This document shows, piece by piece, positions 50,526 through 60,384 of a stretch of 64,000 nucleotides of DNA. The stretch is taken from contig CAZHQG010000010.1 in the NCBI GenBank assembly GCA_964534275.1, forward strand, positions 6,744 to 70,743, written 5' to 3'. Under the pieces are notes generated by a model that saw only the letters and a list, made by a program, of their open reading frames with translations, was not told where the DNA came from and ran no database searches. The translations under genes were made by a program, and so were the position numbers. Each line of letters opens with the position of its first letter. Positions within the stretch are counted from its first letter, which is position 1. The stretch is from an uncultured Candidatus Binatia bacterium (lineage in GTDB: Bacteria; Desulfobacterota; Binatia; HRBIN30).

Positions 50526-51520
50526 TTCGCTGGCAGCTCAAGAACTGGTGGCGCGGCAACAAGCGCTACCCGTATGTGTTGATGCTCGAGCCGCTGCATA
50601 CCTGCAATCTGGCCTGCATTGGCTGCTCGCCGGAACGGTACAACGGCGATCTCAAAGATCGCCTTCCGCTCGAACAGTGCCTTCAAGCTGTGGACGAGTG
50701 CGGCGCTCCGGTGGTTTCGATTTGCGGTGGAGAGCCCACGATCTACCCAGAGCTTCCAGAACTCGTGGAGGGAATCATTGCGCGGAAGCGGCACATTTAC
50801 CTGTGCACGAACGGCATTTTGCTGGAACGCTTCTACCAGCGGTCGCGTCCCCACAAGCGACTATCGATCAATGTCCATCTAGACGGCTTACGAGACACCC
50901 ACGATTTTGTCGTGAATCGCAAAGGGGTGTTCGACAAGGCCATTGCCATGATCCGCGAAGGTAAGCGCCGTGGCTACACAGTGTGCACGAACACGACGAT
51001 TTACCGGGAAACGGACATGGACGAAATCGAGGCCATGTGCGCGTTGCTCGCTGAAATTGGGGTCGACGGCATTCTGCTTTCCCCGGGCTACCACTACGAG
51101 AGCCTGACCGGCGATCATTTCCTTTACAAAAACGAGATCCACGAAAAGTTCCGCCGCGTGCTCGCGCTCGCGGAAAAATACCCGGTGTCGTCCACCCCTT
51201 TATTCCTCCAGTTCGCTGCGGGGCAGCGCGACTACCCGTGTACGCCGTGGGGCAACCCAACCCGCACCCCAAAAGGCTGGAAAGGCCCCTGCTATCTGAT
51301 CGCCGGCGCGTACTATCCGACCTGGAAAGAGTTTTGGCACGGCGTGGACTGGGAGTACTGGGAATCGCGGCGCGACCCGCGGTGCCAAAACTGCCTCATG
51401 CACTCTGGCTTCGAACCGTCGGTCATTCGCAAACTCGGGGAAAATCCGCGGGACGTGTGGACGATGATCAAATGGAACTTCTCCAATCCGCCGAAGCCCG
51501 CGCCAGCTGCAGGGCGCTAA
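50492..51520 (+). CDS. hpnH: Adenosylhopane synthase, a radical SAM enzyme.
   Basis: The CNLACIGC radical-SAM cluster motif (C-x3-C-x2-C) lies within MRFPLHITTDMIRWQLKNWW...YVLMLEPLHTCNLACIGCS, and a GAGGAGG RBS is 6 nt upstream. Confidence 0.85.
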   Translation: MRFPLHITTDMIRWQLKNWWRGNKRYPYVLMLEPLHTCNLACIGCSPERYNGDLKDRLPLEQCLQAVDECGAPVVSICGGEPTIYPELPELVEGIIARKRHIYLCTNGILLERFYQRSRPHKRLSINVHLDGLRDTHDFVVNRKGVFDKAIAMIREGKRRGYTVCTNTTIYRETDMDEIEAMCALLAEIGVDGILLSPGYHYESLTGDHFLYKNEIHEKFRRVLALAEKYPVSSTPLFLQFAAGQRDYPCTPWGNPTRTPKGWKGPCYLIAGAYYPTWKEFWHGVDWEYWESRRDPRCQNCLMHSGFEPSVIRKLGENPRDVWTMIKWNFSNPPKPAPAAGR

Positions 51521-51537
51521 ATCCGTCGCTCCGCCCC

Positions 51538-51578
51538 GGAAGTTTCCGCGTGCAAGCACCAGCGCGTCGGACTTCCGT
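51538..51578. terminator. Imperfect GC-rich hairpin between the convergent hpnH and kup genes. Possible bidirectional terminator.
   Basis: cggaagtttccgcg...cgcgtcggacttccg, arms of about 13 bp with a bulge, no T-tract. Confidence 0.25.
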
Positions 51579-51734
51579 GCTCCGTGCCGCTGGGCAGGTG
51601 CAGCCCTCCCAGCAACACCTCGATCCGGAGGGCGGCGGATCGGCCTTTGTGGCGATCCCAGCAAAACCAGCACTGGAACCGCCGCCCACCGGCGTGTCCT
51701 CTTTTTGGGTGCAAGGGGTTAACAAAACCCGCGG

Positions 51735-53678
51735 TTACAGCTCCAACTGCGTACCGAGTTCCACAACGCGGTTTGCGGGGATCTCGAAAAACGCTGCGGC
51801 ACTGGGGGCGTTTCGGGCCAGGAGGATGTATAGGCGCTTCCGCCATTTGGCCATGGCCGAGCGACCGGTTGGCAGCAACGTCTCCCGACCCAAGAAGAAC
51901 GTCGTTGTCATCATGTCAAACGCCAAGCCCTTCGCCTGACAAAGACGCAGCACGAGGGGGACGCGTGGCTTTTCCATGAACCCGAAACGCGCCACGATGC
52001 GGTAAAATCCCGCACCAAGCTCTTGCACCTCGATTTTTTCCTTGTCCGGCACTTCGGGGCGCTTTTCAGCGAGAATCGAGAGCAACACGACGCGCTTGTG
52101 CAACGTGCGCGTATGCTTGAAGTAGTGCAATAACACCGCTGGAATGCCTCGGGGCGTCGATGTCATCACGATCGCTGTCCCCTCCACGCGCACCACCCGC
52201 TGGTTCTCCACATCCGCCAAAAACGCCCGCTCGTCCACGCTTGCACGTTCCAGCATCGCAGCTACCTCCGCCCGGCCCCGCTTCCACGTCGTGAGAATGG
52301 TGAACACCACCACGCCCACGGTAAGTGCAAACCAGCCCCCGTGAGCGAGCTTGGCCAGGTTGGCAATGAGGAAAGACAAGTCGAACAACAAAAACAGTGC
52401 GGCGATCAGCCCAGCCGCCGGAAGCGACCACGCCCAACGCTCTCGGGTCACCGCATAAAACAAAAGCGTCGTGGCTGTCATCGTTCCCGTCACTGCCAAC
52501 CCGTACGCGCCAGCCAGGGCACTCGACGATCCGAAGCCCACGACCAGAAGCAAGCACAAGGTGCCAAGCGCTACGTTGACTTGGGGGATGTAAATTTGCC
52601 CGGCTTGAGTCTCCGAAGTGTGAATAATGTTGAACCGGGGCAGGTATCCAAGTTGGGACGCTTGGTGAGTGAGGGAAAAGGCCCCCGAGATCAAAGCTTG
52701 CGAGGCAATAATTGTTGCCAAGGTTGCCAGCGCGACCAACGGATAGAGCATCCACGCGGGCGCCAGCTCGAAGAAGGGGTGGTTTACTGTACTTCCTCTG
52801 GCCAGCAACAACGCACCTTGGCCAAAGTAATTGAGCAACAGCGCAGGAAACACGAGCGCATACCAGCCCACGCGAATCGGCCGGGGGCCAAAGTGACCCA
52901 TGTCTGCATACAACGCTTCTCCGCCGGTGATGCACAATACGACCGAACCCAAGATGAGAAACCCGTGCACACCATTGCGAACAAAAAACTCGAGCCCGTA
53001 CCACGGATTCAACGCGTGCCAAACCGAAAGTTCCGCATGCGGTTGCTGCACAATGGCACGCAAGCCAAGCGCCCCGATCACCAGAAACCAAACCAACATG
53101 GTCGGCCCGAATACGGCCCCGAGACCTCCGGTGCCGTGACGCTGGACAGCAAACAGCAACACTAAAATGGCCGCAGAAATCGGCACCACCAGTGACTCGA
53201 ACGCATGCGTAGCCACGTTGAGCCCCTCGACAGCCGAGAGCACGGAGATCGCGGGGGTAATAATGCCATCTCCGTACAACAGCGCAGCACCAAACAAGCC
53301 GCACGAGATCAGAACCAAGCGCGAGAACGGCACGGTGCCCTCCCGAGGCACGACCAATGCCAGCAAAGCCAAAATGCCCCCCTCCCCCTCGTTATCGGCG
53401 CGCATGACAAAGACGAGATATTTGATCGAGATCACCACCGTCAGCGACCAAAACACCAGCGACAACACGCCCACCACGTTCGCGGGGGTGACGGCTACCG
53501 CATGCGGTCCCACGAAGCACTCGCGCACGGCATACAAGGGCGACGTTCCAATGTCGCCAAACACAACCCCCAAGGCAGCTAAGGCCAGTTGCAGGAGAGG
53601 AGATTCGCGGTGCGCTGCCTTCGTGCCTGCAGGCACACCGCCAAAGGTCGCCGAGTCCGCGGTCGTGGGACTGCTCAT
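51735..53678 (-). CDS. kup: KUP/HAK/KT-family potassium uptake transporter.
   Basis: LGVVFGDIGTSPLYA N-terminal motif and 12 predicted TM segments. Start refined to MSSPTTADS within ORF 51735..53807. Confidence 0.85.
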   Translation of the reverse strand: MSSPTTADSATFGGVPAGTKAAHRESPLLQLALAALGVVFGDIGTSPLYAVRECFVGPHAVAVTPANVVGVLSLVFWSLTVVISIKYLVFVMRADNEGEGGILALLALVVPREGTVPFSRLVLISCGLFGAALLYGDGIITPAISVLSAVEGLNVATHAFESLVVPISAAILVLLFAVQRHGTGGLGAVFGPTMLVWFLVIGALGLRAIVQQPHAELSVWHALNPWYGLEFFVRNGVHGFLILGSVVLCITGGEALYADMGHFGPRPIRVGWYALVFPALLLNYFGQGALLLARGSTVNHPFFELAPAWMLYPLVALATLATIIASQALISGAFSLTHQASQLGYLPRFNIIHTSETQAGQIYIPQVNVALGTLCLLLVVGFGSSSALAGAYGLAVTGTMTATTLLFYAVTRERWAWSLPAAGLIAALFLLFDLSFLIANLAKLAHGGWFALTVGVVVFTILTTWKRGRAEVAAMLERASVDERAFLADVENQRVVRVEGTAIVMTSTPRGIPAVLLHYFKHTRTLHKRVVLLSILAEKRPEVPDKEKIEVQELGAGFYRIVARFGFMEKPRVPLVLRLCQAKGLAFDMMTTTFFLGRETLLPTGRSAMAKWRKRLYILLARNAPSAAAFFEIPANRVVELGTQLEL

Positions 53679-53997
53679 CGGTGGAATCCTACCGTTTCCG
53701 GTCCCCGCAAAGTTCCAGTCGTTTTGCCCCCTGTTGGCGTCCGACACTCTTGGTTGCCCGGAGGGAACGTGACCACGTTCGTGCAGTGCCGGCCCCCTGA
53801 CCCGCAACTGGCTCGAAACGCCACTTCTGCTTCTGCATCGCTTTCTTCACGTACAACAATTTCTCGGCGCCCCGCTTCCCTCGCGTGGTGAACAGCCATG
53901 GCCGTACATCGATGAGTCTGTAACCCAAGCACGAGCGCCAAGCGGCGCGCAAGGGCGGGCCAAATCTGCGCCCGCAAAAAAGAAGACAACTTATTTA

Positions 53998-54026
53998 TTG
54001 ACATCGGCACACTACCTGACGTAAAG
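53998..54026 (+). promoter_or_regulatory. Putative sigma70-like promoter (TTGACA -35 with a weak -10) in an AT-rich patch upstream of the 986-aa secreted protein gene.
   Basis: cttatttattgacatcggcacactacctgacgtaaag. The -35 is a perfect hexamer, and the -10 match is weak. Confidence 0.25.
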
Positions 54027-54090
54027 AACCATGCGCGTATGGGAACAAACCCATAGCAAGGAACAAATTTCCGTTTCGGGGGTCGCCGAG

Positions 54091-56991
54091 ATGAGAGAAA
54101 CGATGCGTCACGTGGGGAGGGTCGCCGGCCTATGGGCCATTGTGCTCGTGTGCAGTGCGCTGCCGTTTCGGTCGTTAACTGCACAAAGTTGCACCCAAGG
54201 GCTGTTTGCCAACAAGTGCATTCCCGGTGGAGGCTCGAAAACGACCGACTGCCACCTCGAGTGGCTCGTGCCTTCAATGCTCCTCCCTGAGTCACCTAAA
54301 TTTACGGCCTCGGGCTTCCCGAAAAACAAGTACGTCTGTTACGAAGGGGATCCGCGTTGTGACCTGGACCCCGACTTGAGCAACAAGAGCTGCACGTTTC
54401 CCGTGCGCCTGTGCATCAACAACCAGGACCCGCGCTTTGCCGGAAAATGCGCTCCGTCGAGCCTAAACGCATTCGAAGTCAAAAAGCCTAAGGCAACCAG
54501 CATCGATCCGGCCGATGTGGCAAACTTGGCTGCCTTGGAAACCGCAGCGAGTGCTGGGTTTGGTTTGACCGTGATGCGGCAAAACACCCCCACGACGGCA
54601 GGAAGCTCGAACGCCACGGCAAATCTTTGTAGCGCTCCGGTACCGGTGGTCGTACCTCTCAAGCTAAGCACCACGGGCAAAATCCGGCCAGGAAAACGGG
54701 CCCTCCGAGTGATCGCCCGATCGAGCGGTGGTCTTCTGGACCCTGACTCGCTCGTGCTCCAGTGCTTCCCGAGTACGTGCGGAGATGGTGTCATCCAGAC
54801 CGACCACGAGACATGCGACGACGGGAACCGAACGAACGGTGACGGCTGCGATCAGGGTTGCCAAATCGAGTTGCCGACACCAACACCCACACCGACGGCG
54901 ACAGGGTCTCCGCAACCAACTCCGACACCGACCGAAACCGCAACACCGACCTTCACGGCAACGGACACGCCAACTCGAACACCGACGGTCACGAAGACGT
55001 TCACGCCGACGCGCACCGACACGCCCACCCAAACGCCGACGCCCACTCATACCCCGACCCGTACCGACACGCCGACCAAAACAATGACCCCCACCCGGAC
55101 GGCAACTCCCACCAGAACCCCCACGTCCACCAACACGCCAACGAGAACATCCACGCCAACCCGAACGTTTACTCCGACGCATACATTCACTCCGACGGCA
55201 ACCTTCACACCCACACCGCCGCCCGAAATTTACCTGGACTCGCCAGATCACGGAGTGTTCACCACGGCCAGCACGGCAACTGTGACCGGGCACGTCGTGA
55301 ACCCCGTGCCGGGCCAGGTGGTGAAGATCAACGGCACGACCGTATGCTCCGGGCCGTGCACCAACTTTAGCTTGAACGTCCCCTTGGACGCCGGCGCCAT
55401 CTTCAATCCGGTGCTCGCCGAACTCACCGTACCGGCCACCGGATTCAAGGCACGTGACCGCAGGGTGATCATCCGCGGGCAGTCGGTGGCCGACGGTGCC
55501 TTCTCCATTAACGCCTTAGGCATGCGCATCAACGACTCGGGCTTCGACAAACTCGAACCGGTCATTCAAGGGCTGATTCCGCTTGACCTTGCCCAGCTTT
55601 TGCCTCCAGGCATGTTGATCACCGACGACAATATCTGTGTCGTTAGTTTGTTCGGGGCTTGCGCGGGGGGCATTGATAAAGTTTACGTTTGCAACCCACC
55701 CGGCAGCGGGTGCGCACCAGGCGACCGGCCCTCGATCTCGGGATTCTCGGTCAACATCGATTCGCAAAGCGGCTACGTGCAGCTTGACTTGACACTGTAC
55801 AACGTGCGGCTGCGCCTGTACATTGTCGGGTTTGGGGTGGTCCCCGACTGTGGACTCCGGGTTACATCCAACTCCGCACTCATCCGTAGCAACCACACAT
55901 TGGCTCCTGGCTCTCCCGACCCGAGCTACCTTGACGTGAACCAGCAAGGGGACGTCCAAGTCTCCTTCTCGAATTTCAATGCAACCATCGAAGGTGGTTT
56001 TACGTGTGACATCTTGGACTTCCTCGCCCCCCTGTTCGTCGACCTCGAGCAAACCGCACGTGATCAGTTGGTGAACTACCTCCGCGACCCAGACGGCCCT
56101 GGGCCACAGGACTCCGTGATAGCCGATGCAATGGAAACGGCCCTCGCCAACCTGTCGATCGCCGGAGCCATTGGTGGAGCGCTGGGCGTGCAACTGGATG
56201 CCCCGTTCAACTTTGTCAGCCCGGACAACCAAGGCATCACCTTTGGCGTGAACGCCCGGATCATGTCAACCGACAAACCTCCTTACACCCCGGACTTCAC
56301 AGCCTCGCTGCACGTGCCGGAGGCGTTCCCCTCGTACGGTACCACTACGCCCGTACAAAACCTGCCGTACCACATGGCCATCAGCCTCGGCACTTCGGCC
56401 ATGAACCAGCTCCTCAAGGCACTCACGGAAGAGGGGATCCTGAACATCGACATCACACAGATCGACCTTGGCTCCGGGCCGGTGCAAATCACCTCCGACC
56501 TGCTCGCCTTGTTCTTGCCGGAGTTCGGCAATCTGCCCTCGGGTACGCAGCTACGCATCCGCATCGAGCCCACGATCGCTCCGGTGCTCACGGGCAACCT
56601 CGGTCCGAACCCGGGCGACTTGGCGGAACTGAAGATCGCGCACCTGAAGATCTCGATTCTGTCGCTGGACAACTCGACGCTATACCTCAGCGGCGCAGTG
56701 GATGCCCGGGCTGGCCTGCAGCTCAGTTACGTGGCTGCGACCAACTCGATCAGCTTCGTCATCAGCAACATCAACCCCAGCGACGTGACCACAGTGCTGC
56801 TGCAAAACGCGATCGGCGTGAACGAGAACGACCTCCAATCGCTCGTACCGCAACTGGTGCAGCAGTTCCTGCCGTCGTTGGCCGGCGGTTTGGGGTCCCT
56901 GCCGCTGCCCTCGCTACTTGGCCTACAGCCAGTGGGCGTCGAACTGTCGCGGCTTGGTCAGGTGATTACCATCTTCCTGAACTTCCAGTAA
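54091..56991 (+). CDS. Large secreted protein with a signal peptide, a Cys-rich N-terminal region that includes a Myxococcus-type cysteine-rich repeat ([29 protein letters not shown]), a TPTxTPT linker, and a roughly 600-aa C-terminal domain.
   Basis: [31 protein letters not shown] is a signal peptide. The CGDG(V/I)..(G/D)EECDDGN..NGDGC motif is present. A roughly 110-aa TPT linker is nearly identical in style to the one at 5945..8419. The ORF opens at 54031. Confidence 0.75.
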   Translation: MRETMRHVGRVAGLWAIVLVCSALPFRSLTAQSCTQGLFANKCIPGGGSKTTDCHLEWLVPSMLLPESPKFTASGFPKNKYVCYEGDPRCDLDPDLSNKSCTFPVRLCINNQDPRFAGKCAPSSLNAFEVKKPKATSIDPADVANLAALETAASAGFGLTVMRQNTPTTAGSSNATANLCSAPVPVVVPLKLSTTGKIRPGKRALRVIARSSGGLLDPDSLVLQCFPSTCGDGVIQTDHETCDDGNRTNGDGCDQGCQIELPTPTPTPTATGSPQPTPTPTETATPTFTATDTPTRTPTVTKTFTPTRTDTPTQTPTPTHTPTRTDTPTKTMTPTRTATPTRTPTSTNTPTRTSTPTRTFTPTHTFTPTATFTPTPPPEIYLDSPDHGVFTTASTATVTGHVVNPVPGQVVKINGTTVCSGPCTNFSLNVPLDAGAIFNPVLAELTVPATGFKARDRRVIIRGQSVADGAFSINALGMRINDSGFDKLEPVIQGLIPLDLAQLLPPGMLITDDNICVVSLFGACAGGIDKVYVCNPPGSGCAPGDRPSISGFSVNIDSQSGYVQLDLTLYNVRLRLYIVGFGVVPDCGLRVTSNSALIRSNHTLAPGSPDPSYLDVNQQGDVQVSFSNFNATIEGGFTCDILDFLAPLFVDLEQTARDQLVNYLRDPDGPGPQDSVIADAMETALANLSIAGAIGGALGVQLDAPFNFVSPDNQGITFGVNARIMSTDKPPYTPDFTASLHVPEAFPSYGTTTPVQNLPYHMAISLGTSAMNQLLKALTEEGILNIDITQIDLGSGPVQITSDLLALFLPEFGNLPSGTQLRIRIEPTIAPVLTGNLGPNPGDLAELKIAHLKISILSLDNSTLYLSGAVDARAGLQLSYVAATNSISFVISNINPSDVTTVLLQNAIGVNENDLQSLVPQLVQQFLPSLAGGLGSLPLPSLLGLQPVGVELSRLGQVITIFLNFQ

Positions 56992-57020
56992 CCGCGAGCA
57001 CGCAACCTGCCGTTCCAGGC

Positions 57021-57053
57021 GGCGGAGAGCCAACGCTCTCCGCCGCTTTTTTT
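57021..57053 (+). terminator. Rho-independent terminator downstream of the 986-aa secreted protein gene.
   Basis: ggcggagag-ccaacg-ctctccgcc forms a 9-bp perfect stem and is followed by gcttttttt. Confidence 0.65.
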
Positions 57054-57109
57054 CACTTCTCGACAAGCGGAGAAATAAACTCGAAGTTTTTTCCGTCTTC
57101 CCCGGCCGC

Positions 57110-57649
57110 ATGACGAGTATGGTTTTCGACGGCACGCAGGGGTGGAACGGCAACCAGCAACCAGACGCTGCAAGCACTCCTGGAAGCGGCGCTAACTCGC
57201 TCGCACTGCTGACCAGCGAGGTGTTACTGCCCTCCCAATACTTCACACCGTTCTCGGAGCGCGTTCTTTCGCCGGAACAGCGCCTCATGTTGGCAATTCT
57301 CGAGGATGCCGTGTACACGGTGTTGAAGTACGCCGGCTCACGCAGCAGGCGAGCCCGCCGGCTGGTGCGCGACGCAGAGCGTTGGATGGCAAGAAGCGAA
57401 CCGTGGTGGCTGTTTTCGTTCGAGAATATCTGTGCGGTGCTGGGTTTGGAGGCCGAGGCTGTTCGCGATCGCCTGCGTCGACTCCAGCTCCGTGCCGAGC
57501 GGGAAGGGTCTACCGGGCTCTCGCGCTTCGCCAATCAGCACCGAGTTGTCGGACGCCAGCACCGCGTCGTACTCTCTCCCGCAGAGCGACGTCGACTCCG
57601 CGCCCGCCAAAAAGCTCGCGAGCAACGGCGCCAACGATCCTCGCCCTGA
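57110..57649 (+). CDS. Hypothetical protein, paralog of 35574..36002.
   Basis: Shared blocks LLPSQYF, AILEDAV, RDAERWM and WLFSFENICAVLGLE. The Arg-rich C-terminal tail is ERRRLRARQKAREQRRQR. Confidence 0.55.
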   Translation: MTSMVFDGTQGWNGNQQPDAASTPGSGANSLALLTSEVLLPSQYFTPFSERVLSPEQRLMLAILEDAVYTVLKYAGSRSRRARRLVRDAERWMARSEPWWLFSFENICAVLGLEAEAVRDRLRRLQLRAEREGSTGLSRFANQHRVVGRQHRVVLSPAERRRLRARQKAREQRRQRSSP

Positions 57650-57722
57650 GCACCCTGTTGGCAAGACCAACAAGGTCCCGGGAAAGACGGGTTGACGTCG
57701 GGGCTGCACTGCGGTTCCATGC

Positions 57723-58841
57723 ATGCGCACAGCCCTTCGGGCTCGAATGCAAGGAGGTGCGCGTATGGCTTCTCACCAGCGCTGCTTCGTTGGCGCCCTG
57801 GCTGTCCTTGGCTGTCTGCTCCTGAGCAGTTGCAGCAGTCGGGCCCCTATGCCGCAAGAACGACCGCCTCACGAGGCATCGGCCATTCGTTTCGGAATCA
57901 TGACCCCCACCGATGGCGCTCGCTACGAGGACATCGTGCGCGCGTGGCAAGAGGCGGAACAGCTCGGGTGGGACAGTGCCTGGCTGAATGATCATTTCAT
58001 GCCGGTGTGGGGGGACACCGACGCGAACCAGTACGAAGCATGGACTCTTCTCGCTGCACTGGCGGCACAAACTCAAAAGATGCGCATTGGAGTGCTCGTA
58101 ACAGGCAACACGTACCGCAACCCGGCACTCCTCGCCAAAATGGCAGCGACCGTGGACGAGCTTTCCCGTGGCCGTCTCGATCTCGGAATCGGCGCCGGCT
58201 GGTACCGCAAGGAACATTTTGCCTACGGCTTTCATTACGGCACTGCACGGGAACGAGCGGAGCGACTCGAAGAGGCATTGCAGGTGTTGCGGAAACTGTG
58301 GGGAGAACCGCACCCTTCTTTTCGCGGGAAGTATTACTCGTTGTACCGAGCGCCCTTTGCCCCACGAGGGGTGCAGCACCCACGCGTCCCGATCGTTGTC
58401 GGCGGGCAAGGGAAGAAACTGATCGTACCCTTGGTCGCTCGCTACGCCGATGCGTGGAACGCCCCGGTGCAAGTCGACGCGAAGGGGTTTGCCGAGCGCG
58501 TCGAGCTCATCCGCAAGGAATGCGTTCGCATCGGGCGTAGCGATTGTCCCACTCGCTTTTCGAAAATGTTTGCCCTGGTGACCATTTCCGACGTCCCCTT
58601 GGTCGGACCGGCCATCCGGACTGCCGCAAGTGTGCTCCCCGGCGTCGATCGCGGCACCGCACGCCATCTCTTAGCTGGTTCGCCTGCTGCAATCGCAGGG
58701 CAAATCGTCCCGTTCATTCACGCTGGATGCAACGAGGTCATCGTGAGCTTTTTGCCACCGTTCGATTCCGAAACCATTCGGCGCTTCACATTCGAGGTGA
58801 TTCCACGGGTGCGTGCAGCAGCACAACAAGCATCGAGCTGA
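57723..58841 (+). CDS. LLM-class flavin/F420-dependent oxidoreductase with an apparent N-terminal lipoprotein/signal sequence.
   Basis: GWDSAWLNDHFMP...NPALLAKMAATVDELSRGRLDLGIGAGW is closely similar to the LLM at 29408..30346. The N-terminus ALAVLGCLLLSSCSS resembles a lipobox. An alternative start at about 57849 (MPQERPP) would remove it. Confidence 0.7.
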   Translation: MRTALRARMQGGARMASHQRCFVGALAVLGCLLLSSCSSRAPMPQERPPHEASAIRFGIMTPTDGARYEDIVRAWQEAEQLGWDSAWLNDHFMPVWGDTDANQYEAWTLLAALAAQTQKMRIGVLVTGNTYRNPALLAKMAATVDELSRGRLDLGIGAGWYRKEHFAYGFHYGTARERAERLEEALQVLRKLWGEPHPSFRGKYYSLYRAPFAPRGVQHPRVPIVVGGQGKKLIVPLVARYADAWNAPVQVDAKGFAERVELIRKECVRIGRSDCPTRFSKMFALVTISDVPLVGPAIRTAASVLPGVDRGTARHLLAGSPAAIAGQIVPFIHAGCNEVIVSFLPPFDSETIRRFTFEVIPRVRAAAQQASS

Positions 58842-58920
58842 ACTGCGGGAGGCACCGTCTTGCGCAAGACCTGGCGCAACGTAAGCTCGCTTCCGAGCAA
58901 AGCTACCAGGAGGAGCACGC

Positions 58921-60102
58921 GTGGACTGGAACCTCGACCCGACGGAACGCATGCTGCGAGACACCTTCCGCACATATTTCCAGGAGCAACTGGAACCGCT
59001 CGTACCTGCCATGGAGCGAGGAGAGGAACTGCCGTATCCGTTCATGCGTCGAATGCATCAAGAGTTGGGGCTCGATTCGTTCATCGGCACAGGGGGCTCC
59101 TCCAAATCGGGGGACCGCTCGCAGCCAGACCTCGCCACCGATGGCCGGTTGAGCCGTTACGCGCGAACGACGTTCTCTGTGGAAATGGCCCGGGTGAGCC
59201 CTTCGTTTGCATTGAGTTATGGCGCAAGTGTCGGGCTGTTCGGAGCAAATGTCGCGCGCCGTGGAACGCCCGAACAAATCGAACGGTTCGCCTTGCCGGT
59301 GTTACGCTGCGAGCGCATCGGTTCGTGGTGCCTTACGGAGCCCCAAGCTGGTAGCGACGCTCTTGGCGGCATGCGCACGCAAGCGCGCTACAACGATGGG
59401 GAGTACATCATCACTGGCCAAAAGACCTTCATTACCAACGCTCCGTACGCCGACGTGTTCCTCGTTTATGCGCGGGTTGTTGGTGGTCCGCTGGACGGCT
59501 CGATTCAACCCTTCATCGTCGAGCGAACCATGCCTGGGGTGGCGACAGGCCCGCCGATGAAAAAAATGGGGATGCGAGGGTCACCCACAGGAGAGGTGTT
59601 TCTCGACGAGGTCCGAGTACCCGCTACCCACTTGCTGGGCGGCGGGGTACGACAGCGCGACCACGTCAAGTCCAGCCTTGCCGAGGAACGGCTCGGGCTC
59701 GCTGCACTTTCGTACGGCATCGCCGAGCGCTGTTTCGAAATCGCGCGCGACTACGCGAAACAACGGCAGCAGTTCGGACAGCCAATCGCGAACTTCCAAA
59801 TGATCCAGCAGCGGCTCGCACGCATGTACGTGGCGCTCAGCAATGCCCGGCGCTTCGTCTATGCCGACACGTACACCGATCGTCCTTTGGCGGAATCGCT
59901 CGCGGAAGTGTGCGCTGGGAAACTGTACTGTGCCGAGGTGGGAACATATGTGGCCTTCGAGGCCATCCACATCCTTGGCGGCTACGGATACATGGAGGAG
60001 TACACGGTAGAGCGCCTGGCTCGCGACGCAAAACTGATCGAGCTTGGGGGCGGAACAACCGAAATGCAAATCCTCACCATCGCGCGGGAGATTCTCCGCT
60101 AA
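58921..60102 (+). CDS. Acyl-CoA dehydrogenase.
   Basis: Has the ACAD N-terminal, middle and C-terminal domain signatures and the TEPQAGSD / catalytic Glu region (GGGTTEMQ). Confidence 0.85.
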   Translation: MDWNLDPTERMLRDTFRTYFQEQLEPLVPAMERGEELPYPFMRRMHQELGLDSFIGTGGSSKSGDRSQPDLATDGRLSRYARTTFSVEMARVSPSFALSYGASVGLFGANVARRGTPEQIERFALPVLRCERIGSWCLTEPQAGSDALGGMRTQARYNDGEYIITGQKTFITNAPYADVFLVYARVVGGPLDGSIQPFIVERTMPGVATGPPMKKMGMRGSPTGEVFLDEVRVPATHLLGGGVRQRDHVKSSLAEERLGLAALSYGIAERCFEIARDYAKQRQQFGQPIANFQMIQQRLARMYVALSNARRFVYADTYTDRPLAESLAEVCAGKLYCAEVGTYVAFEAIHILGGYGYMEEYTVERLARDAKLIELGGGTTEMQILTIAREILR

Positions 60103-60384
60103 CAGCGCACCCCTCGCGACGATGATCCCAAGCGACGGGCCCCACGGCCGCGCGGTCCGTTGCGCCTACGCCGGCGACGCCCTGACGCTTCGACACAGCT
60201 CGTGCGCCGCCTCGGCGCAAACACCGGCAAACACTGGTAGCCAGGCTGGTGGGCAGCTCGCACTGGAGGCGCGGCATACGAAACCGGCTGCCGTAGCAAG
60301 AGCCGCAGCAGTCACTTCACGCACACAGGTCGAAGCCGCTCCTTCGGTCTTTCCAATGCCCGCAGTTCTTGATAGGCGAGGCGC

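Noticed and set aside
52066-53304. 412-aa minus-strand ORF
   Set aside because: Same strand as kup but out of frame. The Kup frame carries the transporter motifs, whereas this one is Cys/Arg-rich junk.
55516-56232. 238-aa minus-strand ORF
   Set aside because: Antisense to the C-terminal domain of the 986-aa secreted protein.
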